Assembly: GCA_044376115.1 (NCBI GenBank)
Contig: JBILLK010000022.1
Location: 111,026 to 175,025, forward strand
Direction of reading: 5' to 3'
DNA from: Polyangiaceae bacterium
GTDB lineage: Bacteria; Myxococcota_A; Polyangia; Polyangiales; Polyangiaceae
Length of the DNA stretch: 64,000 bases
Below are positions 27,230-36,649 of this stretch, piece after piece. Position 1 is the stretch's first letter. Every line of letters starts with the position of its first letter. Both the position numbers and the translations under genes were made by a program. The notes below the pieces were generated by a model. It made no database searches, was not told the origin of the DNA, and worked only from the letters and a program-made list of their open reading frames with translations.

Positions 27230-28702
27230 TCAATGCTTCGGGCCGCCAAACGGATTGGGCGCAATGGTGCTGTTGGGGTCGATCGTCGGAGCCGTTTTGC
27301 TTGATGCCGCGGGCAGCCGGCCCGAAGGCGGTGGTGGCAGCACACGCGGAGCGCTGCTACTCGAGCTCGCGCTCGGCGTGCCGGGGCTCACTTGCACCGA
27401 CGTCGGCGCGGCGACGTTTGCGGCAGACGAAGTCGCGCTGATTGGACTACTCGCGCTGCTCGTCGTGGTGGACGCCGTGACAACGCTCGCTGGCCTGCGG
27501 CTAAACACCACCGCCACCGCCGCGCCGGCGCCGATCACCAAGGCCAGCGCGAACGGCCATAACCGGAGGGCGCGCCGCTTGGGAGCTCGCGTTGCAAGCG
27601 CGGCATACGAAGAGTGCTCGTCCAGATCGAGCGTGGGAGCAACGGTACGTACCGGCGAGGCATCCACCGACTGGGCGGCAACCAGCGCCAGCGCGCCGCT
27701 ATCGGGCTCGCCCGGAAGCCGAGAAGACTCATCGAGCGTCCGGAGCAGTGGGTCTTCCGGACGCACCTTGAGCTCAACTTCTTTGCGCCGTTCAGCGAGC
27801 ATCGTGCCGAAGGCCTGTTCAACGTGGGCTGCAACGCGGTCCGGTCCAACCAACAGGTTGTGCTTCTGCGCAACGTTGGTCAGCGCGTTGGAAAAGGCCT
27901 GCACCGTCGCAAAGCGATCGTCGGGCTCGATCGCCAGCGCCATTTGAAAAAGGTCCTCGAGATCGGCCGGCAACTCGGGGACGAGCTCACGTAACTGCGG
28001 CCTTTTCCCCGAGACGATCGAGCGCATGATTTCGATCGGGTTCTCGCCTTCGAACAGCGCCTTGCCGGTCAGCGCGCCCCACAACGTAACGCCGATCGAA
28101 AACACATCGCCGCGCCGATCGAGCGTACCGGCGTTGATGTACTCCGGCGCCATGTAACGCAGCTTGCCCTTTAATACGCCGATGCTCGTGGCCTTGTCCG
28201 GCTTGGCAAACTTGGCGATGCCGAAGTCGGTCAGCCGCGCCACGCCGTCGAGCCCGACCAGGATGTTGTGGGGAGAGACATCGCGGTGGACGAGCCCAAG
28301 CAGCTTACCGCTTTCATCCTTTAGTTCGTGCGCTGCGTGCAGACCGTTGCAAGCATCGAGCACAACGCGGATGGCGATCTCCGGCGATAGCAGCTGCGGC
28401 TTCACCCCCTCCTGCAGCTCCTGCAGACTCGCGCCCTCGACGTAGTCGAGCACCAGCAACAGCTCGTCGTCGTAGCGATCGACATCGAGCACGCTGACCA
28501 CGTTGGGATGACGGATGCGCGAGGCCAACATCGCCTCGTCCAACGTCATCTGCACGAACTTCGGATCGCCGGTGAGGTGCGGATGCGAGCGCTTGATCGC
28601 CACCAAACGCCAGAAGCCAAGCTGGCCCTTTTGCCGACCGAGGTAGACCGTGGCCATACCGCCAGCGGCAATCCTCAACAAAAGCTCGTAGCGAGACTCC
28701 AT
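27230..28702 (-). CDS. Membrane-anchored Ser/Thr protein kinase
   Basis: GGMATV, VAIK, HRDVSPHN, DFG, GKLRYMAPE; C-terminal transmembrane helix and Ser/Pro tail ending NPF. Confidence 0.93.
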   Translation of the reverse strand: MESRYELLLRIAAGGMATVYLGRQKGQLGFWRLVAIKRSHPHLTGDPKFVQMTLDEAMLASRIRHPNVVSVLDVDRYDDELLLVLDYVEGASLQELQEGVKPQLLSPEIAIRVVLDACNGLHAAHELKDESGKLLGLVHRDVSPHNILVGLDGVARLTDFGIAKFAKPDKATSIGVLKGKLRYMAPEYINAGTLDRRGDVFSIGVTLWGALTGKALFEGENPIEIMRSIVSGKRPQLRELVPELPADLEDLFQMALAIEPDDRFATVQAFSNALTNVAQKHNLLVGPDRVAAHVEQAFGTMLAERRKEVELKVRPEDPLLRTLDESSRLPGEPDSGALALVAAQSVDASPVRTVAPTLDLDEHSSYAALATRAPKRRALRLWPFALALVIGAGAAVAVVFSRRPASVVTASTTTSSASSPISATSSAANVAAPTSVQVSPGTPSASSSSSAPRVLPPPPSGRLPAASSKTAPTIDPNSTIAPNPFGGPKH

Positions 28703-28704
28703 CG

Positions 28705-29634
28705 TCAGGGCAGATCGACGCTGAGCGAGGCGGAGAGCGGACCCACACTCGCCTGCGCCGAGGAACCACCGAAGTTGGTGAAAGGAAGTGCCAACGCCGC
28801 CCCAGCTCCGAAGATCGCGGTTGTGACGATAAAGACGTTGGTCACCGTTTGAGCGGTCTGCCCTGGTTCGAGCGCGCTGTCGTCGCCAGCGAGGTACTCC
28901 GAGTTCCGATTGAGCGCCTGCACGCCAAACACCGACAGCACGACGGCGTTGGCCGCAGCAAGCCCGAACAGCGTGCCGAACAAGGCAGGGTCCACACCGC
29001 CGCTATCCTCGTCCTCCTCGTCCTCCTCGATGCGAACCGGCTTCCGCCGCGGCTTCACGGGAGGCGTGGGCAAAACAGCGGGTGGCTTCGGCCCAGCGAC
29101 TTGCGGAGCGGCGGGCAGCGGAGGCACCACGAAGTCGGTGGGCTCGCTGGCCGTCACCGCGACCTCAAAGCTGCGCGCTCCAACCGTCAGCGTATGCGTC
29201 CCGGTCTTCACCCATACGCGTTTGCCGGGCGTGAGCGCGCGTTGCCCGAGCTGCGGCGCACAACCGTCGCACACCACCGACAGCCGCCCAACACGGGTTT
29301 GGAACGTCTGTTTCGCCCGCTGCACCTGTTGCTCGAGCTCCGGCGCGTTAGGCCGCTGCGCCGCGCGGTCCGCGAGCTCCATCGAAAGCACCGGATCGTC
29401 GGCCAAGATCGCCGCCTTCAAAGCGGAGGTCAGGGCGATCGGGTGGGGCGACTCGGCGTCGGCCTCGGCAAACGCGCTGGCCGCCTCGGCATAACGCTTC
29501 TCTGCAAAGGCCTTGTCACCGCGCGCGTACGCTTCGTTGGCCTTGACCTCGTCCGCAGCCGCTAGCCCCGCAGGCGCGCAACAGAGCGCGAGCAGCAAAG
29601 CAAAAACCAACCGCAAGCGAGGTCGCACCACCAC
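28705..29634 (-). CDS. Exported TPR/PEGA-like protein (myxobacterial kinase partner type)
   Basis: Signal peptide, TPR-like helices, Pro linker, two C-terminal hydrophobic helices; GTG start just after the upstream stop. Confidence 0.7.
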   Translation of the reverse strand: MVVRPRLRLVFALLLALCCAPAGLAAADEVKANEAYARGDKAFAEKRYAEAASAFAEADAESPHPIALTSALKAAILADDPVLSMELADRAAQRPNAPELEQQVQRAKQTFQTRVGRLSVVCDGCAPQLGQRALTPGKRVWVKTGTHTLTVGARSFEVAVTASEPTDFVVPPLPAAPQVAGPKPPAVLPTPPVKPRRKPVRIEEDEEDEDSGGVDPALFGTLFGLAAANAVVLSVFGVQALNRNSEYLAGDDSALEPGQTAQTVTNVFIVTTAIFGAGAALALPFTNFGGSSAQASVGPLSASLSVDLP

Positions 29635-29638
29635 AGGC

Positions 29639-30736
29639 TCACTCGGCGGCAGGAGCCGGAATCCCCGGCGGCTCTTCACCGGGTAGGATCTGGCGCCCCA
29701 GCATCGTGCCCTCGGCCACGCCGCCAGGAGTCACCCCGAGAAAGACCTCCACCGCGCTAGCCACGCCGGTTCCCACGAACACGCCATCCTGCTCGACGAA
29801 GGACGCAGACAGTTTGATGCCTTTGACGAACACGTCGGGCTGTTGCACGTCGATGTCGGCGGGGGCATTGAGGAAGACCGAGCCGGCCTCGGTGTCTGCG
29901 ATGCAGCCAGTGACGCGGAAGGAGTAGCCGGTCGGTGGTGTGGCGTTGGGCACGAAATCAGGGAACTCGTCGTCCGACCCCACCTTGGCCGAAGGGATTA
30001 CACAGCCCTGCGTTGGGATGGTTTGGCAAACATCCGCTTCACCGCAGGCAGGCGAGCAACGGGTGTCATCCGGGTTGCGATCCGCGTTGGTGAATTGCCC
30101 TACGAAGCGCCCTGTCTCTGGGTCCACCTCGATCTGAGCGAACAATTGAATCTGCACACCGATCGGCTTCACGATATCAGCGACAAAGAAGTAGGCCCCA
30201 GAAGGAAAGACGGTGGAAGAGCCTTGGCCCGATTCACACGCGAGCACGACGGTGTAGGCGAACACCAGACGCTGACGAACTTCCCAAGAATTTCCAGCCT
30301 CATCCGAGAGACCAGGCTCAATCAGCACCGCCAAGCTCGGCCCCACCGGCAAGCTCGAATTGATGTTGATCGTGAAACTCTTGCCGTCCTCGCTCAGCGT
30401 TCCGAACCCACCCTCATAGACATCTTCGGTGGGGTCATGTCGGAAGTACTCAACCAACCCGGTGGCGTCATCGCTGTCTTCGTCCCCAAGGTTTCCCTCG
30501 GAATCAAGGTCGAGCCGGACCACGCGGATCGAAAGCGAATCTTTGGAGATCGGCTCGCTGAACCGAAGCACGATCGGCGCGGTTGTGTCGGTGAGCGCGC
30601 GGTCCACCAGGCCAACGATCTCGGTGCGAGGTGGCGAATCGTACTCGCACGCCGACGAGAAGCCTACGAGGGCAAGCCCAGCCGAGGCCGCCAAACCCGT
30701 CAACCCACGCATAACTCGAAGAGCTCGGTTGTTCAT
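29639..30736 (-). CDS. Lipoprotein with Ig-like (Big_5-like) domain
   Basis: Lipobox SSAC; IVLRFSEPI...IEPGLSDEAGN Big_5-like motifs. Confidence 0.7.
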   Translation of the reverse strand: MNNRALRVMRGLTGLAASAGLALVGFSSACEYDSPPRTEIVGLVDRALTDTTAPIVLRFSEPISKDSLSIRVVRLDLDSEGNLGDEDSDDATGLVEYFRHDPTEDVYEGGFGTLSEDGKSFTININSSLPVGPSLAVLIEPGLSDEAGNSWEVRQRLVFAYTVVLACESGQGSSTVFPSGAYFFVADIVKPIGVQIQLFAQIEVDPETGRFVGQFTNADRNPDDTRCSPACGEADVCQTIPTQGCVIPSAKVGSDDEFPDFVPNATPPTGYSFRVTGCIADTEAGSVFLNAPADIDVQQPDVFVKGIKLSASFVEQDGVFVGTGVASAVEVFLGVTPGGVAEGTMLGRQILPGEEPPGIPAPAAE

Positions 30737-30744
30737 CGGTTGCC

Positions 30745-32439
30745 TCAAAAGAAGAAAGTGGTGCGTCCGGTGAGCAAGACGCTCTTCGCTGCGTCACCGT
30801 TGATATCCTCGAGCGCGTCCCCTGGGAACATCACGGCGCCCTCCAAGTCGGCCGCAAAATGTTCAAGGAAACGCCACTGCGCCCGCAGATCGATCTCGGC
30901 GCCGTAGAACTGGCCGGGCTTTCCGCCGGCAAAGTTCACGAGGTCGTCTTGGATCTCAGCCCCGTCACGACCGAGCAGCGACTGCACCGGATCGATCACC
31001 GGCTCGGGGGCCCACGCGAGCAGCGCGCCCACGCGAAAGAGCACATCCCCATGCGGCCTAAAATCAAACTGCGGGAAGATGGCGAAGGCGTTGGTGAAGC
31101 TACCGCGGGTGTCGATCGCGTCCACCGGGAAGGAAGGGGCGCTGAGCTGAGCCAACGTCTCCTTGGCGGCAGCCGCAGCACGAGCGGTCTGGAATTGCAG
31201 GATGTGCTCGAACATCAACAGGCCCACGTTCACGTCGGGAGCCCAGGTGAACTGCGATAGCGAGGTCCGCGAGAGCGGGTCTCCATCGCCGGAGGCGTAA
31301 TCGATCTCGAGGTACGCAGAGATACCGGGCTCACGCTCGTCCCCGGCGCGCACCAGCGGGTAGTCGTAACGAAACACCGCTCGCCCACCGAATTGCAAGA
31401 TCTCCTGCGCTACGATCGGATCGTTGGTGATGGTCTTGAACGCAGCCGCGACCTCCTCGGTGGAGCCAACCAACCCGGCGGCTTCGAGCCCGATATAAAC
31501 CGGCCCGAAGCGACTCACCGCGCGACCGCCAAAGATGTTGACGGTGGTGGAGTACTCACTGCTGAAGCGGTGCACAAAGTAGCCCTGGAGCTCGAGGTCG
31601 GTTCCGAGCGGGTACTCCTTGGCCTTGAAAAAGACGCTGCCACCGGCCTGCATCTCGTCATCGGTGAAGAGCTTGAGATCGTCGCTCACGAGGTGGTCGT
31701 AGATGCCGGCGACGAAGAAACCTTGTTCCTCCGAGGTATCGCGATCGGCTTTGTCTTTGAGGGCCTCCAGCGGTTTGGTGGCAAAGGCGATGCGGTCGAC
31801 GAAGTTACCCTCGCGCGCGATACCAAAGCGATTGAAGCGACCGTCACCAGGCGTGCCTTGGATGGTGTTGGCCAGGTTGAAGGGTTGCCGGCCGACGCGG
31901 ATCAAACCGACGGGCGTGACCACGTCACCGTGCAGCCGGCGCACCTTGAACACGTCCCCCTCGCACAACGCAAAGCCATAGTCGGCCGGGCTGAGCGGAT
32001 CTCCGGTGGCGCCACCCTTGTAGCCGATGCAGGGCCGCGCAGTGTTGGGGTTGCGCGCATTGACGGTGGTGCCTGCGACCGACTTCGGCTCTTCCAGCAC
32101 GCCGCCGTTGTCACCCCAAAGTACGCCGTCGAGGATGTCCACGCTGGTGACGATGCGAATCTTCTTGTCGTAGTCGACACCGCCGTCGAGACGCAGACGA
32201 TGATCGATGTAGCTCAGCCTTCGCTCGTTGATGGTGTTGAGGGCGATCGGGTTGATGTAGGTCATTTGGGCGCGATACTCCGCGCCTACCTGAAAACCGA
32301 AGTCCCCAGCTTCGTAACGTTCTCGCGCCCCCGGCGGGTCTGGGTCGGACCAGGGCTCCTCCGCGAGCACGACGTTCGGTAGGAGGGACACGGCAAGCGC
32401 AAGAGCGAGCCCGCGAGGCAACACCGAGAAGGAATGCAC
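30745..32439 (-). CDS. Outer-membrane beta-barrel (porin-like) protein
   Basis: Signal peptide, amphipathic beta strands, IRVGRQP, GAEIDL, C-terminal TTFFF; GTG 32439 preceded by TAGTCT. Confidence 0.72.
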   Translation of the reverse strand: MHSFSVLPRGLALALAVSLLPNVVLAEEPWSDPDPPGARERYEAGDFGFQVGAEYRAQMTYINPIALNTINERRLSYIDHRLRLDGGVDYDKKIRIVTSVDILDGVLWGDNGGVLEEPKSVAGTTVNARNPNTARPCIGYKGGATGDPLSPADYGFALCEGDVFKVRRLHGDVVTPVGLIRVGRQPFNLANTIQGTPGDGRFNRFGIAREGNFVDRIAFATKPLEALKDKADRDTSEEQGFFVAGIYDHLVSDDLKLFTDDEMQAGGSVFFKAKEYPLGTDLELQGYFVHRFSSEYSTTVNIFGGRAVSRFGPVYIGLEAAGLVGSTEEVAAAFKTITNDPIVAQEILQFGGRAVFRYDYPLVRAGDEREPGISAYLEIDYASGDGDPLSRTSLSQFTWAPDVNVGLLMFEHILQFQTARAAAAAKETLAQLSAPSFPVDAIDTRGSFTNAFAIFPQFDFRPHGDVLFRVGALLAWAPEPVIDPVQSLLGRDGAEIQDDLVNFAGGKPGQFYGAEIDLRAQWRFLEHFAADLEGAVMFPGDALEDINGDAAKSVLLTGRTTFFF

Positions 32440-32485
32440 GACGCGGAGACTAACCGAAGCCGAACGGGCCGCGGCAACGTATTGA

Positions 32486-34420
32486 CTAGCGGACGGCTTT
32501 GGGCCCGGGGGCGCGGTCATCCCCGCGACGCAGGGTCAGACCGTCGCGATCAAAAAGTTCCAGCAGGGGAATCGCTTGTTTGCGGCCCAAGCCGGAGAGT
32601 TCTTTGAACTCGGCGATGGTCAACACCGGCTTGTTGGCAAAATGCTCGACCAACCGGCTGCGCAAGCTGGCCACGGCGCGCGCGTCGAACCACTGCTCCC
32701 CGACGGTGACCACCAGCCCCTCTTTCACCAGGCGCGAAAGGATCGTGCGCAGCTCTTTGGGCGTCAGCCGCGAACCCTCGACCAACGCAAACTCGCCCAT
32801 GCCTTTGAGACCCACGTCGGCGAGCAAGCGCACCACCTCTCCGGTGGGCCCTTTCACCGCCGGCAAGGCGCCGGCCGCGAAATCGACAAGGCGCGCAATA
32901 TCGCCTTCCACCACGATCGGCTCGCCAGCTCCACCTTTGCGTGCGGCCAAGCGAATGGCCTCGGCTGCGACCGACGGCGAGCTGCGCAGGGCCAGCTTCT
33001 GCCGTAGCGTCTCGAGCTTGATCCCGCGCTCGAGCGGCGCGGCTGCGTGATGTTGCTCGGTCAGCTTGCGGGCATTCTCGGCCAGCTTGCCGAGCGCCGC
33101 ACGATCGACGAAGCCTTCATCCTTCAGCCGCACCATTTCACCGCGATCGGCCGCCTTTTCTAGCCGTTGCAAGAGCAACGCGGCTTCGACCGAAAAGCGC
33201 GCATGAAGTTCACCGCGCCCGAGCGCGCGCGGCGCGCTCTCGAGCACCAGCGCCTTCGCCACCGCGTCCGGCTCGCACGTTTGCAAGGCCAACAGCGCCG
33301 CACGACGCAGCGGCTTGCTGCGCAGCGGAGGCGGCTTGGCGTCCAGCACGATACCGCCGCCGAGCACCGCGCCGCTCGGCCCTTTGCTCTGACCCGCGCG
33401 CAACACAAACCGATCGCCCCCGGTCACCGGCAGCGGACGATCCAAACGCACGCGACCGAGCGCAGGCCGGCCCGACTCCTCATCGGCCGGGACGAGCACT
33501 TGCAACTTGCCCGGGCTGCGCGCCGTGCCCACGTACACCTCGAGCAAGGCTCCAGGTTTGACCGTGCGCAAGAGCCGTAGCTCGGCGTCGAAGCGGCGCG
33601 TCACCGCCAAGGCAGGGTCGCTCGTGAGCACGTCACCCCGGCTCAGATCCTCGAGCGCCAGGCTAGCGAGGTTGACCGCCACTCGCGAGGGCGCCTCCAC
33701 TCGCGTCACCGAGTGATCGTGAACGTGCAGCCCGCGCACCGAGGTGGTCGCGCTTTTTTCGCCGACGATGCGGACCTCGCTGCCCAGCGCGAGCTCCCCG
33801 CGCACCAAGGTCCCGGTGACCACCGAGCCGGCCCCTTTGATCGAGAAGGCGCGGTCGATGCAAAGATGCGGCACCTTGGTCGCGATCGGGGCGGGCAACG
33901 CCAAGAGCCGGCGGCGCACGGCTGCAACCAGGTCCGGCAGGCCTTCCCCCGTCTTCGCCGACACCAACACACACTCGTGCTCGAAGCGTTCACCCAAGAG
34001 CTCCGAGACTTCAGCGCCGGCGAGCTCGGCCAGCTCACGGTCCACCCGATCGAGCTTGGTGATCGCTACCACCACGCGCTTGATGCCGAGGATCTCGCAA
34101 GCAGCGATGTGCTCGCACGTTTGCGGCATCACGCCTTCATCCGCGGCGACCACCAACACCACGAGCTCCATACCCACCGCGCCGGCGATCATGGTGTGCA
34201 CCAAACGCCGATGCCCCGGCACGTCCACCACGCTGGCGACCACGCCTTCGCCGAGCGGCCAGGACGCAAAGCCCAACTCGATCGTGATCCCGCGTCGCTT
34301 CTCTTCGGGCAGACGGTCTGTATCGACCCCGGTCAGCGCCTGAACGAGGGTCGTCTTCCCGTGGTCTACGTGGCCGGCCGTCCCGACGACAAAGCGCCGC
34401 GTCGTAGTTGCAAGCGACAT
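32486..34420 (-). CDS. selB: Selenocysteine-specific translation elongation factor
   Basis: GTAGHVDHGKT, TDRLPEEKRRGITIELGF, DVPGH; C-terminal winged helix LGRKQAIPLLELFD...RRGDDR. Confidence 0.96.
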   Translation of the reverse strand: MSLATTTRRFVVGTAGHVDHGKTTLVQALTGVDTDRLPEEKRRGITIELGFASWPLGEGVVASVVDVPGHRRLVHTMIAGAVGMELVVLVVAADEGVMPQTCEHIAACEILGIKRVVVAITKLDRVDRELAELAGAEVSELLGERFEHECVLVSAKTGEGLPDLVAAVRRRLLALPAPIATKVPHLCIDRAFSIKGAGSVVTGTLVRGELALGSEVRIVGEKSATTSVRGLHVHDHSVTRVEAPSRVAVNLASLALEDLSRGDVLTSDPALAVTRRFDAELRLLRTVKPGALLEVYVGTARSPGKLQVLVPADEESGRPALGRVRLDRPLPVTGGDRFVLRAGQSKGPSGAVLGGGIVLDAKPPPLRSKPLRRAALLALQTCEPDAVAKALVLESAPRALGRGELHARFSVEAALLLQRLEKAADRGEMVRLKDEGFVDRAALGKLAENARKLTEQHHAAAPLERGIKLETLRQKLALRSSPSVAAEAIRLAARKGGAGEPIVVEGDIARLVDFAAGALPAVKGPTGEVVRLLADVGLKGMGEFALVEGSRLTPKELRTILSRLVKEGLVVTVGEQWFDARAVASLRSRLVEHFANKPVLTIAEFKELSGLGRKQAIPLLELFDRDGLTLRRGDDRAPGPKAVR

Positions 34421-34545
34421 CGCGCGGCATCATCCCTCCGATCCCGCGGGTTGCCAACCAAGCTCGCCGCCCGCGCAGGTTGCCGAGTGCGGCGCGGTGT
34501 CACGCTGAGAGCGCTACGAGCGCTGCGGCCTGATACCATCACCGC

Positions 34546-35097
34546 GTGAAAACTACCTTGATAGCGCTGGCCCTCGTGCTCTTCGCTTGCGGCGAGCAGA
34601 CCGGCACCTCCTCCACCAACTCGTCGGCCGCTGCGTCCGGCGCCAAAGCCGCAGGCGGCGCGCTCAAAGCCGGCGCTCCCGCTCCGGCCATCAAGCTCCA
34701 GCTCGCCGACGGCTCCAGCGTGGATCTCGCCTCGAAAAAGGGCAGCAACGTGCTCGTCTACTTCTACCCGAAGGACGATACGCCGGGCTGTACCGTCGAA
34801 GCGCAAGGCATCCGCGACGCGTGGGCCGACTTCAAAGCTGCGGGCATCGAGGTATACGGCGTCTCCACGCAAGACGCTGCCAGCCACACCTCCTTCAGTG
34901 AGAAGCACAACCTCCCCTTCCCCCTCGTCGTCGACGTTGGCGGTGAGGTCGCCAAAGCCTTCGGCGTTCCGCTGAAGAACGGCCTCGCCGCTCGGCAGTC
35001 CTTCTTGATCGGCAAAGACGGCAACGTCAAAGCGGTCTGGGAGAGCGTGAGCCCCGACGAGCACGCCAAAGACGTGCTGAAGGCTGCAGCACCGTGA
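34546..35097 (+). CDS. bcp: Peroxiredoxin (BCP/PrxQ family), lipoprotein
   Basis: VYFYPKDDTPGCTVEA active site; lipobox LFAC. Confidence 0.9.
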   Translation: MKTTLIALALVLFACGEQTGTSSTNSSAAASGAKAAGGALKAGAPAPAIKLQLADGSSVDLASKKGSNVLVYFYPKDDTPGCTVEAQGIRDAWADFKAAGIEVYGVSTQDAASHTSFSEKHNLPFPLVVDVGGEVAKAFGVPLKNGLAARQSFLIGKDGNVKAVWESVSPDEHAKDVLKAAAP

Positions 35098-35627
35098 GTT
35101 TGATCACCGTTACTTCGCCCCTCCACTCGCTCTCCCCCAAAGTGTGGATGGAGGGAGATACGCTGATCGCTGAGACCTCGACGCTGAGCAAGGTCTTGCT
35201 CCTGGGAGCCTCCAAACGTCGCGTGATCGTCGATCCGCACGCCGAGACGCTCACGCTCGAGACGCGTTCACTTTGGGCGCTGCACAACTCGCAGGTCATC
35301 CCCTTCCGCGACCTGTCGCACTTCGAGTACCGCTACGGCTCCCTCGCGACCGGCTGGGACATCCTCGGCAATATCCACGATTCGCTCGAGTCCTACAGCA
35401 TCTCCGCCGCCCTGAACGATCGCAGCGAGGTGTACCTCATCTCCTTTCGCGGCGCCGGCTCAGCCGAAACCGGTGCCGTCGGCGTCCTCCTCGGCGACTC
35501 CATCATCGACTACCAGGGGGGCCAAGGCTCACGATCTCTCGGCTTCATCGACGCGTTGCAAGAGCTGACCGGGCGAGGGCTATCGAAGAACGCGAAGGTC
35601 AAAAGAAAGTACGGTCCTGTTCGGTAG
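35094..35627 (+). CDS. Hypothetical protein
   Basis: Translationally coupled to bcp (GTGA overlap); no motif recognised. Confidence 0.65.
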   Translation: MSLITVTSPLHSLSPKVWMEGDTLIAETSTLSKVLLLGASKRRVIVDPHAETLTLETRSLWALHNSQVIPFRDLSHFEYRYGSLATGWDILGNIHDSLESYSISAALNDRSEVYLISFRGAGSAETGAVGVLLGDSIIDYQGGQGSRSLGFIDALQELTGRGLSKNAKVKRKYGPVR

Positions 35628-35630
35628 AAC

Positions 35631-36557
35631 CTAGCTCAACAACTTTTCCCTTCGCTCTTCGCGGCTCTGCGTCTGCTCGATCAGCGAGGCGATCCGAATC
35701 GGTCCGGCCAGCTCGCGCGCAATCACCTCCACCAAGAGAGCATCGCCGGGGTGTTCGGGCTCGCGGACCGCGAGGGCGATGCGACCGATCAGGCGGTCGC
35801 CGAGTTCGATCGTTCGCACGATGGGCGTGGGCCCCGTAGCGTCGGCGTAGGCGTCGTCATCGGCGATAAGCAAGGTGGGTTCTTCTTCCTCGAGCAGACC
35901 GAACGCAGCGCGCACCTCGTGAGCGACGCTGCCCACCATGGTTGGGCTGCAATGAACGGCCAAACGATGAGGTTGGACGGTGGAGATCGCCATCCAGCGG
36001 TAGCTGGTGATGCGTGAGATGAACTGCGAAAGCAGGTCGAACAGACGCGGGAACTCCCCGACGTTGCCGAGCGCACGCACCTCACCTGCGACCACCGCAT
36101 CAAACAGCGCCTGGTCGAGGTATTGCGCGATGCGGTCGCGCACGTCGCCCACGGCGTCGCTGGTGTCTTCCCAAAGTTGCACCGGCGTATGACCCGCGGT
36201 GAGGACGCTGCGGATCGATCGCATCAGGTCGCCCATGCGCCCGGGCAATACGTAGGCCGAAGCACCCGCACGTTCGGCCCAATAGCGATTGCGATGACCG
36301 TCAGGCCCGCGCAGGATCACCGGTACTTCGCAGGTCGTTCGCTCGGCTCCGAGCAGCCGACACAGCTGCACGCCCGAGACCTTGGGCATCCATAGATCGG
36401 CCACCACCAGCGTTGGTCGCGCGAGCAACGCGAAGCGAACGCCTTCTTCGGGATCGCGATGCTCCACGACATTGAAGCCCTGCATCCGAAGCCGCGTTCC
36501 CAGCGAGCCCATCGCATCGGATGGGTCGATCAAGAGCAGCGTTCCACCGAGATTCAT
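35631..36557 (-). CDS. Atypical response regulator receiver plus GAF-like domain, no output domain
   Basis: VVADLWMPKVSGVQLCR receiver; C-terminal GRIALAVR...IARELAGPIRIASLIEQ. Confidence 0.75.
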   Translation of the reverse strand: MNLGGTLLLIDPSDAMGSLGTRLRMQGFNVVEHRDPEEGVRFALLARPTLVVADLWMPKVSGVQLCRLLGAERTTCEVPVILRGPDGHRNRYWAERAGASAYVLPGRMGDLMRSIRSVLTAGHTPVQLWEDTSDAVGDVRDRIAQYLDQALFDAVVAGEVRALGNVGEFPRLFDLLSQFISRITSYRWMAISTVQPHRLAVHCSPTMVGSVAHEVRAAFGLLEEEEPTLLIADDDAYADATGPTPIVRTIELGDRLIGRIALAVREPEHPGDALLVEVIARELAGPIRIASLIEQTQSREERREKLLS

Positions 36558-36649
36558 ACCGTGCGCCCTCCCCCGCAAGGGATGCGCCCTAGCCGACGAC
36601 TTCCCAGTGCACAGGAGGAAACGGCTCGACCCGGTACGGGCTTAACGGC

